This document shows, piece after piece, positions 9,699 to 18,820 of a stretch of DNA of 64,000 bases. Below the pieces are notes generated by a model. That model did not search any database. It was not told where the DNA came from and was given only the letters and a program-made list of their open reading frames with translations. The translations under genes were made by a program, and so were the position numbers. Within the stretch, counting starts at the first letter, position 1; every line of letters starts with the position of its first letter. Source of the DNA: Candidatus Latescibacterota bacterium (GTDB lineage Bacteria > Latescibacterota > UBA2968 > UBA8231); the NCBI GenBank assembly GCA_965203175.1, contig OZ241867.1:6304001-6368000 (forward strand), in the 5' to 3' direction.

Positions 9699-10769
9699 TC
9701 AGCCTGTTATCTCCGACAGCTCAACCTGCCGCCTTTCCTTCCCTGCCAGCTCCGCCGCCGCCAGAATCTGAACGCATTCCCTGCCGTCATACATCGTGAT
9801 CGGCATCTCCTCCCCGTTGGCTAGGGCGTCGAAGAATTTGCCGAACACGCTGTATCCCGGTGGGACGAAGCTGCGGTGGAATTCTGACAGGGGTTGCCAA
9901 GCTTCGGTTTCCCTTGTGTAGAGCATCAGCGTGGCCGGGTCGCCAAAATCCAGCTTGGTGGAGGGATGGTCGCCCCTGACCTGCACTAACGCTCCTTTGT
10001 GACCGTAGATCTCGGTGGCTAAGGGAGCCCGAGTTTCCGTCTCGCTCGTATGGAGAGTTACGAGTGGACCATTGGCGTAGCGGAAGACGGCGGCATTGTT
10101 GTCCTCGACCGGGAGTCCTTTGACACTGGAGACGCCCAGGGAAACGACGCTCTCGGGCATGCCGAACATCCACTGCATCCAGAAAGCGGAGTGGGAGCCA
10201 GCGTGGTAAAGCGAACTGCGGCCTTCCGCATCCGCGTCGAACCATGGGTCGGCGGGATCGTTCTGAATTCTCTGCGCAGCGAAATCCTGGGCGCTGTACT
10301 TGTCGTGCCCGTGGCGCCGCCGCACCTGCGCGATGGGTCCGAGCACACCGGAGTCGACGATTTCCTTCATGCGCTCATGCGCAGGGGAGAAGCGCAGGTT
10401 GTGGACGGGCATGACCTGGACACCCGCTTTCTCAGCCGCGGCGATTGCTTCGTCCGCCTGCTCGGGGGTGCGGGTGAACGGCTTCTCGACCATGCAGTGT
10501 TTGCCCGCTTCGGCGGCACGGATGATGTGTTCACCGTGAAGCTGGGTTTCCGAGGCAATGCCGACGGCATCAATGTCATCGCGGGCGAGAAGCTCATCCA
10601 GATCGGGGATGAATTCGACGCCGAAGTGATCGGCCGCGGCCTGTCCGCGCTTGGCGTCGGCGTCCCAGATTGCGATGAGATCAACGCTGTCGTGTTTCTG
10701 CGCGGCGTTGCAGATGCCGTGCGCGTGACCGAACCAAAAGGAGAGCTGGGCGAATCGGATGTTTGGCAT
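9699..10769 (-). CDS. Gfo/Idh/MocA family oxidoreductase
   Basis: H..IIRAAEAGKHCMVEKP motif, typical length; SD AAGGAG. Confidence 0.9.
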   Translation of the reverse strand: MPNIRFAQLSFWFGHAHGICNAAQKHDSVDLIAIWDADAKRGQAAADHFGVEFIPDLDELLARDDIDAVGIASETQLHGEHIIRAAEAGKHCMVEKPFTRTPEQADEAIAAAEKAGVQVMPVHNLRFSPAHERMKEIVDSGVLGPIAQVRRRHGHDKYSAQDFAAQRIQNDPADPWFDADAEGRSSLYHAGSHSAFWMQWMFGMPESVVSLGVSSVKGLPVEDNNAAVFRYANGPLVTLHTSETETRAPLATEIYGHKGALVQVRGDHPSTKLDFGDPATLMLYTRETEAWQPLSEFHRSFVPPGYSVFGKFFDALANGEEMPITMYDGRECVQILAAAELAGKERRQVELSEITG

Positions 10770-11003
10770 GGTTGCTCCTTGTCTCTATCGGGCGCTACCC
10801 CGACCAAGGCGGGCGGAATCCCTGAAAAATTTTCCAATGATCTCCATTTTTAGTCCAACTATCTCCAAATCAAGGCCATTTGGATTACTTGGCAAGCCGA
10901 CCTATGTGATCGTGCGCCCGCGCCTACCGGAACTTGCCGCACCGGGTTCGTTCTTTGTGTCAAGGCTTGTCTTCGAGACCTTGTAACTAATACATTCAGA
11001 CCC

Positions 11004-12578
11004 GTGATCGACGAACTGGCACAGACATACGCGCACTATGTAGCCTTGCGGCGCGAACTCTCGCTGTGGGTCGAGCAGAGCATTCGCCGCGACGGGCCGG
11101 ACCAAAACCAAGGCGGCGAGGACGAGGCTAATTTCGCGCTGGCCTTCTTTCCGCATTATCTGATCAGCGGTGACGAGCGGGTCGCGGTGCGGTTCCGCTC
11201 GCTGGCCAACGACCTCAAGGCCTGGGTTAGAGCCGAGTGCCTGCACGGGTACGAGGCCGAGGCCGAGGCCCACCACGGCACCGAGCCTTTTTTGTTGTTT
11301 CTCCCCCGCTATCTGGGACTCTTTCCCAACGACAGAGAAGCCGCCGCCCTGCTCGATGACGTAGCGCACCACATCGGCAACTGGGTCGAGGGGGTGCCCG
11401 CTTGGTACGACTGGACGCGCGATGTCTTTTTGAGCTACTGGATCGGCACGCGGACCGTCGGTGGGGCGCACGGCGCTCGCGAGTTGGCCGAGCACTTCCG
11501 CTTCTTGCACATTGCGCTGGCCGCTTGGCGCGTCACGGGCGAGGCGCGCTACCGCGACTGGGCGCTGCGCTATGGGCGCAAGCGGGCCGAGCGGTTGCTT
11601 GCGGCGGACGGACGGATGCCCGTGTTGTGGAATCTGGACGGGCGTGGATTGCAGCCGGAGGATTTTCAGACCCGCGCAGAGCAAAAGATGGCCGGCAACA
11701 ACCACCACATTGCCGACGACCCGCTCGCTGGTATCGAAAATCTGCTGGCATCGGGCGCGGTTTACGCGCTGGGCGATCTCTTTTTGCTGGAGGGCGACGA
11801 TATCTTTCGCCGCGCGGCAAAGAGAATCGTCGAGCCGCTAATCGGCCAATTGCTCGATCCCTACGCCGACCCGGCCGCGGCCGCGCTCTCCTACTATCGC
11901 CGGACCTTCGCCGATTCTTCGCTGGACGACGCGATGTGCGCGGTGCTGGCGCGACAACCCGCCGAGTCGGAAGCACCATGGGCGATGGTCTTTCCCCAAG
12001 AGCGGAAGCGTCGCGAGCCGGGGGTGGGCAAACGCAGCGACATGATCTACTGGGGCCATTGGGCGGAAGATGGCTCGGTGCAGCCCTCGCGCGAGCCGAG
12101 CACCGCGGCATTGGCGCTGGGGTATCAATTGACGGGCGAATGGACCATGGCCCGGCGGGCGCTGGGGGCGGCAGCGGCCAAATTCGCAATGGCCCGGCGG
12201 GTGTTGCGCGGCGGGCGCGAGCACGCCGATATGGGCGGGGCGATTTGCTCGGTGGCTGCGGGGCACGGGCGCAATTGGGGCTGCGGGGCGGTGACGGGTT
12301 GCTACGGGCCGCTGTTGATGGGCACGCGCGAAATACAGGGCGCGGTGGTGCCGCTGGTCGAGTGGGCCGAAGGCCATTTGCCCGAGCAGATCCTAGCGCT
12401 CTTGCAACCGCCGGTTGGTGGGCCGGGCACAGTGGTGTTTTACAATAAGGGCGAAGAGCAGCAAGCGCTGGAGTGGCGCATGGCGGGGGCGGCCGATTGG
12501 CAACGCATTGAGCTGGCTCCGAGCGAGGTGCGGGAATACCCACTGGAGACAAAAGGCGTGAGGTGGGGGACACCATGA
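11004..12578 (+). CDS. Hypothetical protein, possible alpha/alpha-toroid carbohydrate-active enzyme
   Basis: 524-aa ORF with repeated 'A(W/Y)xxTGExxY'-type helical turns; no family recognised with certainty. Confidence 0.6.
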   Translation: MIDELAQTYAHYVALRRELSLWVEQSIRRDGPDQNQGGEDEANFALAFFPHYLISGDERVAVRFRSLANDLKAWVRAECLHGYEAEAEAHHGTEPFLLFLPRYLGLFPNDREAAALLDDVAHHIGNWVEGVPAWYDWTRDVFLSYWIGTRTVGGAHGARELAEHFRFLHIALAAWRVTGEARYRDWALRYGRKRAERLLAADGRMPVLWNLDGRGLQPEDFQTRAEQKMAGNNHHIADDPLAGIENLLASGAVYALGDLFLLEGDDIFRRAAKRIVEPLIGQLLDPYADPAAAALSYYRRTFADSSLDDAMCAVLARQPAESEAPWAMVFPQERKRREPGVGKRSDMIYWGHWAEDGSVQPSREPSTAALALGYQLTGEWTMARRALGAAAAKFAMARRVLRGGREHADMGGAICSVAAGHGRNWGCGAVTGCYGPLLMGTREIQGAVVPLVEWAEGHLPEQILALLQPPVGGPGTVVFYNKGEEQQALEWRMAGAADWQRIELAPSEVREYPLETKGVRWGTP

Positions 12579-15500
12579 CCCGACGCGATACTGTGTGGAT
12601 TCTTTCCTTCCTGATCTCAGGCGCTCTCGGTCTTGTCTGTTATGTCCAGTTCTTTGACCGGGCCTTTCCCGTTGCTTCACTTAACTTTCGCGTAGACCGC
12701 GAACAGGCTTATCAGGCTGCCGAAGCATATCTCCACCGCCTCGGCTACGACCTCACCGAATACGAGAGCGCTCAAGTCTTCTCCCATGCCAGCCTGCCTC
12801 AGATCTTCCTCGAACGCACCTTGGGCTTGGCCGAGGCCAACCGCCTCGTGCGGGAGTGGGTCTCGGTATGGTATTGGAACATTCGCTATTTCAAACCACT
12901 GCAGAAGGAAGAACTCCGCGTCCGCATTGATCCCGGCGGGCGCATCGTAGGGTTTACCCACAGCATCCTCGAGTCCGACGAAGGCACCAGCCTCTCAGAA
13001 GAGGATGCCCGGCACATCGCCGAGGCCTTCCTCGCCGATGTTCAGGGTTTTTCACTCGACGCCTACGAACCCATTGAGGCCTCCAGCATCGACCGCCCCA
13101 AGCGGAGGGACCACACCTTCACCTACCGCAAGAGAGACTTCGTCGTCGGGGATGATGGACACTACCGCCTGTACGTCACAGTCCAAGGGGACCGGGTGGG
13201 TAGCTTCTCCGAATACCTCAAGATCCCCGAGACCTTCTCGCGCGACTACCGCGAGATCCGCACTCGCGCTAGTCTGCTCGCCAAGGTCGCCAGAGGATTT
13301 ACCCTCGCCCTGACCATTGCCATGATCGTCGTCCTAGTGCGCAAGTATCGCCAGCGCACACTCACATGGCGCGTCGCCGTATTCATCGGCATCCTCGTGG
13401 GAGCCGTCTCCTTGCTCGGATCCATCAATGGCTATCCGCTCAGTCTGTTCGGATACGACACCATGCAGTCCTATGTCTCCTTCATTCTCAACTTCATCTT
13501 CACTGGTCTCCTCAGCGCCGCTGTTATGGCCCTCATCGTCGCCGTGTGCGGCGCGGCAGGCGGCACCATCGCGCAGGACGTAAGAGACTGGAGCAACCCC
13601 TTAGAGCGGGTTTCCCTGCGGCACTGGCGGTCGGCGAGCTTTGCACGCGTCACCCTTGTCGGTTATGGCCTAGCATTTGCCCACTTGGGTTACGTCACCC
13701 TCTTCTACATTCTGGGCAACGACTACCTCGGGGTCTGGTCGCCTGCCGCCATGACCCAATACAGCAATGCCTACAGCACGTACCTGCCTTGGATATATCC
13801 CCTCCTGACGGGGCTCGTGGCGGCCACCATGGAGGAGTTCCTCTTCCGGCTGGTGGCCATCTCCCTCCTCCTTCGCTGGTTTAAGAGAAGTTGGTTGGCC
13901 CTTCTCGTTTCCGCTGTGGTGTGGGCCTTCCTTCACGCCGACTATCCGCAGGAACCGATCTACATCCGGGGCTTGGAACTGACTATCGTGGGAATCCTCT
14001 TCGGCCTAGTCTTCCTGCGCTTCGGTGTCTGGGCGACCATCATCTCCCACTACGTGTACAACTGCTTTCTCGGCGTCTATCCTATGGTGCAGTCCGACAG
14101 CCTCTACTTCAAGGTTTCGGGCATCCTCGCTGTCGCCATCATCTCCATCCCGGCCCTTCCCGCCATCTGGAGCGCCGTCCGCGGCCGCTACGAGGACGCG
14201 CCCCTTGAACCCACTCCGGAAGCACCAAAGACCGCACCCCCGCCATCTGCCCTTCCCGCGGAGACGGAGACGCCTGAACCTCCAATCGAACGCAAGAGGC
14301 CCTCTGACTACCTCATCTCCGGCAAGGGTCTCCTCGTCTTTAGCATCCTCGGTCTGTTGGGCTGGTCTGCATACTTTGCTTTCGAACCGCGGAATTTCGC
14401 TGAATACGCACGCGAGAAGGTCCCCACCCGCGTGCAGGCTATCGAGATTGCCGAAGGGATTCGGGGACAGCTCGGACTCGACCTCGAAGGTTATCGCCGC
14501 ACCACCTCATTCTCGAGCAGTCTCGGTTCCAACCACTTTACACACCTGCTGCGAAACGCCGATGTGGCGCGGGCGGACACGCTCGCGGCGGAGCACACGG
14601 GCTCGTGGCGCTGGAGTGTGCGATGGTTCAAGCCCCTCGAAAAAGAGGAACTCACCATTAGCGTCGACGGCCACGGCGACCTCTCCTACATCTCGCATGC
14701 CGTGCCCGAGGGTCAAGAGGGTGCAGAACTCACCATTGAAGAGGCGCAGGAAGTGGCCAAGGCCTTCCTCCGCCAACACCTGAACCGGGATGTAGCTGAT
14801 ACGACGCTCTACAAGCGTCTCAATGCGCGGTCCTTCAAGCGCGAGAACCGGATGGACCACAGCTTTGTGTGGGAACGCATGGACGTCAAGGTGGAAGAGG
14901 GCGAGTTTCGCATTTTCGCCTCTGTACAGGGCGACCGGATCGGCTATGCGTACAAGGCCTACAAGGCACCCGAGGAATTTTTGCGCAAACTAGGAGAGAA
15001 GACTGCAAAGAGCACCATTGTCTCCACCCTCCCTACCATCGCCGTCATTGTCACCCTCGTCCTAGCCGTCATTCACCTACTACGCGCCTACCGAAACGGG
15101 CTGGTCAAGTGGCGATTGCCCATCGGCATCGGCATCCTCTATGGCCTGTGTTTCCTACTCGAGGATCTCAACGAACTGCCCACATTCTACCGAGGTTATG
15201 ACACCAGTGAGGTCATGGGTACCTTCCTCCTTGGCGAGCTTGTCAGTGTCGTTCAGGGCCTCGCTGGTGCGGTCATCCTCGCCCTGTTGGTCTGCGCCCT
15301 CGGAGATACGCTATACCGCGTGGAGCGTCCCGGAGAGATGCGCATCTCCGACTGGATCGATGTGCTCCGCCTGAAGGCGGGCAGCGCGGCACTGTGGTGG
15401 CAGGTCGTCTTTCTGGTGGCGTGCTATTCCGGTATCAGAAGAGGCACCGGCGTTCTCTCCGCTCACGTACATCTTACCTATCTCACAGACTACCTTTTCG

Positions 15501-15970
15501 CAGGCGGCGGTGTGCCCGCCAACATCAACACCTATCTGCCCGCGCTCGGTGAACTCATCGACGAATTCAGCGGTATGCTCATAGCCCCCATTGGGATCCT
15601 CGGCCTTCTCTTTATCTGGGGGCGAATCCTGGGCAGGACAAGCCTGACTATTCTCGGCGTCTTCGTCGTTCTCATCTTCCAATCCGTCGTCTCGCCAGCC
15701 AAGGACTTCTACCACGCAGGCGTACTCCTCGCGACGAGCACTCCATTCTGGCTGATCTCGGCTTTCCTCTTTCTGAGGTATATCCGCTTCAACCTGCTCT
15801 TCTACGTTGTATTGGGCTGGAGTTCCATCCTGTTCGAGGGCATTTGGTACCTCAAATTCGATGCCCACGTATGGAAGATCAACGGCATCCTGATGATCCT
15901 CTTCGGCCTCATCCCCGTCGTGTTCGCCGTCATCTTTTGGCTCAGGGAACGAGGATCTAACTATCCATGA
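12575..15970 (+). CDS. Large membrane protein with CPBP (CAAX/Abi) intramembrane protease core and duplicated extracytoplasmic module
   Basis: EEFLFR, WAFLH, SHYVYN motifs; ATG 12575 overlaps upstream TGA (ATGA); two homologous halves. Confidence 0.85.
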   Translation: MTRRDTVWILSFLISGALGLVCYVQFFDRAFPVASLNFRVDREQAYQAAEAYLHRLGYDLTEYESAQVFSHASLPQIFLERTLGLAEANRLVREWVSVWYWNIRYFKPLQKEELRVRIDPGGRIVGFTHSILESDEGTSLSEEDARHIAEAFLADVQGFSLDAYEPIEASSIDRPKRRDHTFTYRKRDFVVGDDGHYRLYVTVQGDRVGSFSEYLKIPETFSRDYREIRTRASLLAKVARGFTLALTIAMIVVLVRKYRQRTLTWRVAVFIGILVGAVSLLGSINGYPLSLFGYDTMQSYVSFILNFIFTGLLSAAVMALIVAVCGAAGGTIAQDVRDWSNPLERVSLRHWRSASFARVTLVGYGLAFAHLGYVTLFYILGNDYLGVWSPAAMTQYSNAYSTYLPWIYPLLTGLVAATMEEFLFRLVAISLLLRWFKRSWLALLVSAVVWAFLHADYPQEPIYIRGLELTIVGILFGLVFLRFGVWATIISHYVYNCFLGVYPMVQSDSLYFKVSGILAVAIISIPALPAIWSAVRGRYEDAPLEPTPEAPKTAPPPSALPAETETPEPPIERKRPSDYLISGKGLLVFSILGLLGWSAYFAFEPRNFAEYAREKVPTRVQAIEIAEGIRGQLGLDLEGYRRTTSFSSSLGSNHFTHLLRNADVARADTLAAEHTGSWRWSVRWFKPLEKEELTISVDGHGDLSYISHAVPEGQEGAELTIEEAQEVAKAFLRQHLNRDVADTTLYKRLNARSFKRENRMDHSFVWERMDVKVEEGEFRIFASVQGDRIGYAYKAYKAPEEFLRKLGEKTAKSTIVSTLPTIAVIVTLVLAVIHLLRAYRNGLVKWRLPIGIGILYGLCFLLEDLNELPTFYRGYDTSEVMGTFLLGELVSVVQGLAGAVILALLVCALGDTLYRVERPGEMRISDWIDVLRLKAGSAALWWQVVFLVACYSGIRRGTGVLSAHVHLTYLTDYLFAGGGVPANINTYLPALGELIDEFSGMLIAPIGILGLLFIWGRILGRTSLTILGVFVVLIFQSVVSPAKDFYHAGVLLATSTPFWLISAFLFLRYIRFNLLFYVVLGWSSILFEGIWYLKFDAHVWKINGILMILFGLIPVVFAVIFWLRERGSNYP

Positions 15971-16758
15971 GCCTGTACACTTATCTGCTAAAGCTCCAAC
16001 TGCTCAACGCGCTGGCCTACCGCTTCGAGTATCTGTCGTCCATTGGGCGAAATTTGTTTTTCCTCCTTGGCTCCGTCTTCCTCTGGCGCACCGCGTATCG
16101 CGGGATTGACCAAGTCGCCGGTGTCACCGAGGCGCAGATGGTCACCTACGCCGTCGTCGCCGTGCTGATGAATGCATGCTTCACGGTCAGCATCGACAAC
16201 GAGCTCTTCGGCAAGATCCGCGCAGGTGAGATCGCGCTCGATCTAATCCGGCCGATGAACCTCGTCTGGTACTGGATGACCGAAGATGTGGGGCGTTCAC
16301 TGGCGGCAGTCACGCAGTTCGCCCTGCCCCTGCTGGCCATCTCGCTCCTCTTTGTGGCTCCCCCACTGCCAGCGGGAGTGGGAGCGTGGTTGCTGTTTCT
16401 GCCGAGCTGTGCGCTGGGCTTCCTGCTGCTGTGGCTGCTTAGCGTCCTGGTGGGCATGACGGCCTTTTGGGTCACCGATTTGTGGGATGTGAGCACAGTG
16501 AAAAACAGCCTCGTCTTCGCCCTGTCGGGACGATTGGTGCCAATGTGGCTGTTCCCCGACCTCATCGCCGATGCATCGCGGTGGCTGCCCTTCCAGTATA
16601 TGTTCCAGGCACCGCTGGAGATCTACATCGGCCGCGTCTCTGCCACAGAGGTCGTCCACATCCTCTCCGTGCAGGCCATCTGGGTCGCGGTGTTCGCCCT
16701 GCTCACAAGTCTCGTCTGGACGCGCGCCCAGCGGCGGGTCTTCGTACAGGGAGGATAG
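15967..16758 (+). CDS. ABC-2 family exporter permease
   Basis: IRAGEIALDLIRP, LSG.LVP..FP, LPFQY..P motifs; hydrophobic. Confidence 0.88.
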   Translation: MSLYTYLLKLQLLNALAYRFEYLSSIGRNLFFLLGSVFLWRTAYRGIDQVAGVTEAQMVTYAVVAVLMNACFTVSIDNELFGKIRAGEIALDLIRPMNLVWYWMTEDVGRSLAAVTQFALPLLAISLLFVAPPLPAGVGAWLLFLPSCALGFLLLWLLSVLVGMTAFWVTDLWDVSTVKNSLVFALSGRLVPMWLFPDLIADASRWLPFQYMFQAPLEIYIGRVSATEVVHILSVQAIWVAVFALLTSLVWTRAQRRVFVQGG

Positions 16759-16765
16759 GTAGCCC

Positions 16766-17581
16766 GTGATAGCCGACGTGCGTCATCACTTGTCCGTTGC
16801 AGCCCTGTACGGCCGCCTGTCGGCGCAGCGGGCGTTGGAGTATCCCTTCTCGCTGCTGAGCATCAGCCTTGGACTAGGCTTCAACTACGTCTGGATTGGC
16901 GTCGCCCTGAAGGTGCTGGTCGACCAGTTCCAGCCGCTATCGGGATGGACTTTCCCACAGCTCGCTTTCCTGTATGGGCTGAGCCTGATGAGCCGTGGCG
17001 TCATGTCCATCCTGTCATTTCAGTCGCGGCTGATCGATCGCTTTGTCACGCGCGGCGAGTTCGACTTGATGCTTCTCAGACCCCTGGAGATCACCTTCCA
17101 CTTTTCCTGCCACCGAATCAATGTGGTCGGCCTCGTGCATCTGGGCATCGGCACGGGCTACTTCCTCTATGGGGCTCGGCTGGCTGGCTTTGTCTGGACG
17201 CCGCTGCACGTCGCCGAGGTACTCCTCGTCATTGCCGGCGGGACCCTGATCTACTGGTCCTACCTCACCCTCATCAGCTCCATCGCGTTCTGGACCATGC
17301 GCAGCCAGCCCCTCGTGGACGCCAGCATAGAACTGATGGCGCGCGGCACGTTCTACCCGCTGACCGTGTACCCGTGGCATCTGCAGGCGCTGCTGACCTT
17401 TGTGCTGCCCCTCGGCTTCATCGGGTTCTACCCCGCCTGCGACTTCCTCGGCCAGAGCGCGAACACTTCTCTGCCCCTCGATGTAGCCCTGTGGACTCCC
17501 GCTGTGGGTGCCGCGATGCTCGTCCTGGCGCTGGCCGTCTTTGCCGCCGGCCTTCGCCGCTACGAAAGTGCGGGGTCGTAG
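16766..17581 (+). CDS. ABC-2 family exporter permease (DUF990-type)
   Basis: GEFDLMLLRP, YPL.VYP, C-terminal RYESAGS. Confidence 0.88.
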   Translation: MIADVRHHLSVAALYGRLSAQRALEYPFSLLSISLGLGFNYVWIGVALKVLVDQFQPLSGWTFPQLAFLYGLSLMSRGVMSILSFQSRLIDRFVTRGEFDLMLLRPLEITFHFSCHRINVVGLVHLGIGTGYFLYGARLAGFVWTPLHVAEVLLVIAGGTLIYWSYLTLISSIAFWTMRSQPLVDASIELMARGTFYPLTVYPWHLQALLTFVLPLGFIGFYPACDFLGQSANTSLPLDVALWTPAVGAAMLVLALAVFAAGLRRYESAGS

Positions 17582-17584
17582 GCC

Positions 17585-18583
17585 ATGGCACATATAGAGC
17601 TAGAGAGGGTTTGCAAGACCTTCCGCGTGACCCGGAAGCAAAAGGGGCTGGCCGGTGCGGTGAAGGGCTTGTTCCGGCCCGACCGACGCGAAGTGCACGC
17701 GGTGCGCGACGTGAGCTTTGCGATTGAGCCAGGCGAGCTAGTCGGATTCATCGGCCCCAACGGCGCGGGGAAGTCGACGACGATCAAGATGCTCTCCGGC
17801 ATCCTCTATCCCACGTCTGGGCGCGTCTCCGTCGTCGGCCTCTCACCCCAGAGGCAGCGGCGGTCGGTCGTCCAGCGCATTGGTGCCGTGTTCGGCCAGC
17901 GCAGCCAGCTAAACTGGGACCTTCGCCTAGGCGAGTCCTACGAACTGTTCAAACGGATCTACCGCATTGCCGACGACGACTTCGAGCGGAGCCTAGCCGA
18001 GCTCTGCGAGGTCCTCGGCATCGAGGACCTTCTCGACACACCGGTGCGTCAGATGTCCCTGGGGCAACGCATGCGCGGGGAGCTAGCCGGTGCCATGCTG
18101 CACGAGCCAGATATCCTATTTCTCGACGAGCCTACGATGGGCATGGACATCGAAGTGAAAGCGTCGATCCGGGCCTTCATCCGAGACATCAACCTGCGCC
18201 GGCGCACCACCGTACTGCTCACCACGCACGACCTAGACGACGTGGAAGAGCTCTGCGAGCGACTCATCATCATCAACCAAGGACGCATCATCGAAGACGG
18301 GCCTCTGGCGGCGCTCATCGACTCGATCACCCCGCACCGCTATCTGATCGTCGAGTGCGATTCCGGTGCCGGAGAGCCGCTGGCTGGATTCGCCCATGCC
18401 CACGCAGAAATCCTCGAACGGCGAGACAGCGTCGTCCGCATCCGCTTTGCGCGGAGCCACGTGTCGGCGTCGGCGCTGATCTCGGAACTGTCAGCCCGCT
18501 ACCCGGTGCGCGACGTGTCCGTCCAAGAGCCCGACATCGAGGACGTGATTCGCACGGTCTACGGGCGCGACGTAGGAGGTTAG
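17585..18583 (+). CDS. ABC exporter ATP-binding protein
   Basis: GPNGAGKST, MSLGQRMR, FLDEPT, TTHD. Confidence 0.95.
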   Translation: MAHIELERVCKTFRVTRKQKGLAGAVKGLFRPDRREVHAVRDVSFAIEPGELVGFIGPNGAGKSTTIKMLSGILYPTSGRVSVVGLSPQRQRRSVVQRIGAVFGQRSQLNWDLRLGESYELFKRIYRIADDDFERSLAELCEVLGIEDLLDTPVRQMSLGQRMRGELAGAMLHEPDILFLDEPTMGMDIEVKASIRAFIRDINLRRRTTVLLTTHDLDDVEELCERLIIINQGRIIEDGPLAALIDSITPHRYLIVECDSGAGEPLAGFAHAHAEILERRDSVVRIRFARSHVSASALISELSARYPVRDVSVQEPDIEDVIRTVYGRDVGG

Positions 18584-18596
18584 ACGCAGTCAGCCG

Positions 18597-18639
18597 GTTC
18601 CAGCTGATCGCCAGCGATTCGGCGACCGGGCGCTGGAAC
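18597..18639. other. Imperfect hairpin after the ABC operon
   Basis: GTTCCAGC..TCGCC/GGCGA..GCTGGAAC; no U-tract. Confidence 0.45.
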
Positions 18640-18661
18640 GTCTGGTAGTTTGAGCATTCCC

Positions 18662-18691
18662 TTGACGCTGTGGCCTTTGCGCAACTATCTT
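18662..18691 (+). promoter_or_regulatory. sigma70-type promoter
   Basis: TTGACG-18 bp-TATCTT. Confidence 0.6.
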
Positions 18692-18696
18692 TTCCG

Positions 18697-18820
18697 CAAG
18701 CGCCCCAGGAAGGCCTTCCCGTCCGCGGTAAGGGTCCCAGATCCACCCCTTCATTCCACAATTTCGACCTTCTTTCGCCTGACTTCGCGGATTACAGGCA
18801 CGAAAACGAAAGAGGGTACT
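18697..18820 (+). ncRNA. Candidate structured cis-regulatory 5' leader
   Basis: Helix GTCCGCGG(18721-28)/TCGCGGAT(18785-92) plus GCCT/AGGC; alternative 11-bp helix 18767-77/18807-17 covering the SD. Confidence 0.5.

Noticed and set aside
9668-10926. Possible decayed direct repeat flanking the Gfo/Idh/MocA gene (gtcgcctagatgatgcgggcg versus gccgacctatgtgatcgtgcg)
   Set aside because: Needs gaps and several mismatches; compatible with chance in GC-rich DNA.
11402-12576. Long alternative-frame and antisense ORFs (348 aa, 347 aa and many similar)
   Set aside because: Arg/Ala/Pro-rich shadow frames expected in high-GC coding DNA; no motifs.
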